Shown in pieces: positions 61,270 to 64,000 of a stretch of 64,000 nt of DNA. The DNA is from Spirochaetia bacterium (GTDB lineage Bacteria; Spirochaetota; Spirochaetia; SZUA-6; Bin103), in NCBI GenBank assembly GCA_965203515.1, contig OZ241907.1, positions 3,776,001 to 3,840,000 of the forward strand. Reading direction: 5' to 3'. The translations under genes were made by a program, and so were the position numbers. Under the pieces are notes generated by a model that worked only from the letters and a program-made list of their open reading frames with translations, did no database searches and was not told the origin of the DNA. Each line of letters starts with the position of its first letter. The stretch's first letter is position 1.

Positions 61270-62826
61270 TCACATGCCCCAGACGTCGATCGGCGCCGCG
61301 GCGGCGCCGCGCCGATGGTGGAATATCTTTTCCTCCCAGGTCCGGCCCTCCCGGCAGTCGATCACCACCAGGTGCGCCGCCTCCGCCGCGCAGCGCGCCG
61401 CGTACCCCGCGGTCTGCTCCACCCCCTCGGCGATGGTCCGCTCCAGCCCGTCGCGCTCCCGCACCACCTTGCACTCCACCACAACCTCCTGCGCCCGCAC
61501 CCCCGCCGGCCACACGATCAGCAGGTCGACCCGCCCGCGGCCCAGCGCGTATTCCCGCTCGATGCGCCCGCCGCCGTTCACCACCCGCTGCAGGTACGCC
61601 TGCAGCAGCAGCTGCGGCCACGCCTCCGCATAGGCAAAGCGGTCCCGCCAGTGCTCGGAGTGGCGCCGGAAGAAGCTCTGGAACTCCCCCAGCAGCAATG
61701 CCGCGTTCAGGCTGCCGTCCGCGCGCACGTAGCGCGGCGGCGACAGGTCGAGCGTCTCCTGCGCCACCCACGACAGCTCGCGCGGCAGCACCTCGGCGTA
61801 GATCGGGTTGGCGATGCGCACTGGCGCCTCGCGGGCGAGCAGCCCCAGGTCGCGCGCGTAGCCGAGGTCGCGGTCGCTGATGGCGTAGCGGTCGGCGCCG
61901 GTCAGCATCGGCTCGATCACCCGCCGCACGCGCTCCTCGCGCAGCTTGTCGGCCAGGTAATCGAGGTGGGTCACCCGATCGATGATGAGTTCCTCCCGGA
62001 CGACGGCGACCGCGGCGGCGGTGACCGGACGCGAACGGTCTTCGCGCAGCGCCTTGTTGCGGAAGCAGGCGCCGTAGGCCAGCGCGTTGACCAGCCACGG
62101 CTGGCCGCAGGTCTGCGTCCAGACCGCTTCCAGCGCCTCCGGCGCGAACGGCTGGCCGGTCTGCCCGGTATGCTGGCCGAGCAGGGCCAGCGTCTCGGCG
62201 CGCGAGAAGTCGCCCAGCCGCAGCGACGCGGCGGCGATGTTGAAGGGGCTGCCGGTTGCGCCCATGCGGTAGTCGCGCACGTCGCGCAGGCCGCACAGCA
62301 CGACGCTCTGCGGGAAGCGCGCCGGACGGTCGGGGTAGCCGGCGCGGAGTTGCTGCAGCACCGCCAGCAGCGAATCGCCCACCAGCGTGTCGATCTCATC
62401 GATCAGCAGCACCAGCGGCCGCGGCGCCGCCTGCGCCCAGCGCCGCAAGGCGGTGCGCAACGCCATGTTCGGCCCGAACTTGGCGAGGATGTCGGGCCAC
62501 GCCTCGTCCAGGAAGCGATCGTCCAACGCCGCGTCGGCCGCCTCCGCCAGCGAGGCGAGCACCACCTGCACCGCCTGCTGCACGTCGTCGCGGGCGGTGC
62601 GGGCGGTCTCCACGGTGACGTACACGCAGTGGTAGCCGCGTTCGTTCAGCGCCTCGGCCAGCGCCAGCAGCGTCGAGGTCTTGCCGGTCTGCCGCGGCGC
62701 GTGCAGCACGAAGTACTTCTTGTCCCGCACCAGGCCGAGCACTTCGTCCGGATCGATCCGCGACAGCGGCGGAATCGAGTAGTGATCGGCCGGCACGACC
62801 GGGCCGGCGGTATTGAACGAGCGCAT
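61270..62826 (-). CDS. AAA ATPase (AAA_35-like) with C-terminal PD-(D/E)XK-like domain
   Basis: FNTAGP; Walker A APRQTGKT; Walker B LIDEID; TCGQPWLVN; C-terminal REYALGRGRVDL...VECK. Confidence 0.88.
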   Translation of the reverse strand: MRSFNTAGPVVPADHYSIPPLSRIDPDEVLGLVRDKKYFVLHAPRQTGKTSTLLALAEALNERGYHCVYVTVETARTARDDVQQAVQVVLASLAEAADAALDDRFLDEAWPDILAKFGPNMALRTALRRWAQAAPRPLVLLIDEIDTLVGDSLLAVLQQLRAGYPDRPARFPQSVVLCGLRDVRDYRMGATGSPFNIAAASLRLGDFSRAETLALLGQHTGQTGQPFAPEALEAVWTQTCGQPWLVNALAYGACFRNKALREDRSRPVTAAAVAVVREELIIDRVTHLDYLADKLREERVRRVIEPMLTGADRYAISDRDLGYARDLGLLAREAPVRIANPIYAEVLPRELSWVAQETLDLSPPRYVRADGSLNAALLLGEFQSFFRRHSEHWRDRFAYAEAWPQLLLQAYLQRVVNGGGRIEREYALGRGRVDLLIVWPAGVRAQEVVVECKVVRERDGLERTIAEGVEQTAGYAARCAAEAAHLVVIDCREGRTWEEKIFHHRRGAAAAPIDVWGM

Positions 62827-62914
62827 GGTCGGCCAAGTGTACCACCGCGGACCGCGAACGCAGGAAGCCGCTGGACAGACCGATTGCTCAGTGGTTATAG
62901 TGTGGTATTATGGT

Positions 62915-62929
62915 CCCCCCCCCCCCCCC
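62915..62929. repeat. C15 homopolymer in a divergent intergenic region
   Basis: TGGTATTATGGT-C15-GGTAAAT read directly. Confidence 0.9.
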
Positions 62930-62965
62930 GGTAAATCGTCATCCTGGAAGGAGTCGAGGGTCATC

Positions 62966-63991
62966 GTGAGTGGCAAGGTGAGGATACTGCTGCTGGCGGT
63001 GGCCGCCGGTGTCACCATGATGGCGTGCAGGCCGATGGCGCCGCCGTCTCCCCCCACCCCCAAGAGCCCCGACCCGGCGCCGGCGCCAACGCCGCAGCCC
63101 CGGGAGACCGAGAGGAGCTGGACGCTCAGCGCGGCTCACTTTGGCGACGACGGCGTGAACATCTGGCTCGAAACGACCAACCGTTCCGAACCGTTCGCGT
63201 GGGACGGGATCACGGCCGACAACCTGGACCAGGTGCGCGTTTCGATTGGCGGACACGCTCTGCCGCTCACCAACACGACCTATCAGCCGGTGTTCGAATC
63301 CGACCTCAGCGGCGCGGAGTGGAAGATCGAAGCGGAAGTCCGCGCCGGAGCGGTGGTGCTGGTGATCACGGCCGAGGATCAGCTCATCCCGAGGGGCGTC
63401 GCTTCCGTCACGATGACCAGCCTGGGGAGCGGCTGGGCGCACAACTCCATTCCGACGGTTGCGTTTTCGCCGCCGCCGGCCGGCTCCGGCGGCACCACGG
63501 CGACCGGCACCGCGGTGGGGCCGGGCGGATACAGGGTTGTGACCATCACCTCCGCGGGAGCGGGCTACGAAACCGAGACCCCGACCGCTACGTTTCAGCC
63601 ACCGCAGACCGCCGGCGGCACCCGGGCAGCCGCAATAGTGCACAAGGACAGCAGCGGCGACCGGATCAGTCACGTGGAGATCACGGAACCGGGGACCGGC
63701 TACACCTCTGCCCTGCAGGTTACCATTTCGACGCCGCCGAGCGGCGCCGGCCACGCCCAGGCGATCACTTCCTCGGCGCTGCAAACCGGCGTCACGTCAG
63801 TGACGATCACGAATCGGGGGAGCGGCTACGAGTCTCCCCCCAGCGTGACGTTCTCGGGCGGCAGCGGCAGCGGCGCGGTCGCCACGGCGGTGCTCGAACC
63901 GCAGCTCGGCTACTCCCGGACCGAAAACCTGTACTGGGCGCGCCAGACCCTGTACGACAAGCAGCTTCTGGTTCGGCTGGCGGACGAGTGA
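62966..63991 (+). CDS. Putative lipoprotein with Pro-rich linker and four ~40-aa VtIT..GsGY...PtVtf repeats
   Basis: Signal ending TMMAC; AAGGAG upstream; repeats SLGSGW / SAGAGY / EPGTGY / NRGSGY. Confidence 0.75.
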   Translation: MSGKVRILLLAVAAGVTMMACRPMAPPSPPTPKSPDPAPAPTPQPRETERSWTLSAAHFGDDGVNIWLETTNRSEPFAWDGITADNLDQVRVSIGGHALPLTNTTYQPVFESDLSGAEWKIEAEVRAGAVVLVITAEDQLIPRGVASVTMTSLGSGWAHNSIPTVAFSPPPAGSGGTTATGTAVGPGGYRVVTITSAGAGYETETPTATFQPPQTAGGTRAAAIVHKDSSGDRISHVEITEPGTGYTSALQVTISTPPSGAGHAQAITSSALQTGVTSVTITNRGSGYESPPSVTFSGGSGSGAVATAVLEPQLGYSRTENLYWARQTLYDKQLLVRLADE

Positions 63992-64000
63992 CGTACGGAG

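Overview
High-GC (about 70%) bacterial chromosome segment. The gene content (spondin, LamG/propeller, BNR sialidase-like proteins, many ABC importers, multicopy AAA/PD-(D/E)XK proteins) suggests a host-associated, possibly marine-invertebrate, symbiont, but this is inference only. Housekeeping and catabolic genes (Nudix, glycerate kinase, LacD-like aldolase, HtrA, CPA2 antiporter, ogt, clpSA, ATP-dependent ligase, three ABC importer operons) surround two accessory defence-type inserts. Insert 1 (about 14.7-27.5 kb) holds IS debris and a tightly coupled operon: Xre-HTH::SNF2 helicase::DUF3883 nuclease, two low-GC unknown genes (a 2-TM protein and a FlgT_C-like beta protein), a DUF1156 adenine methyltransferase and a DUF499 ATPase. 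A palindromic operator overlaps its probable leaderless promoter. Insert 2 (about 32.1-34.5 kb) holds an NYN/PIN-like chimera, an ABC ATPase and a truncated TOPRIM/DUF4276 gene. Each insert is bracketed by a second copy of the 3' end of the adjacent gene (38 bp and about 75 bp direct repeats). A second SNF2-DUF3883 helicase operon runs off the left edge. Other oddities are divergent genes whose start codons share one CATG, two intergenic VNTRs, and a C15 tract before a lipoprotein with phage-structural-like repeats. No rRNA, tRNA or CRISPR array was seen. All family calls come from motif recognition, not database searches.
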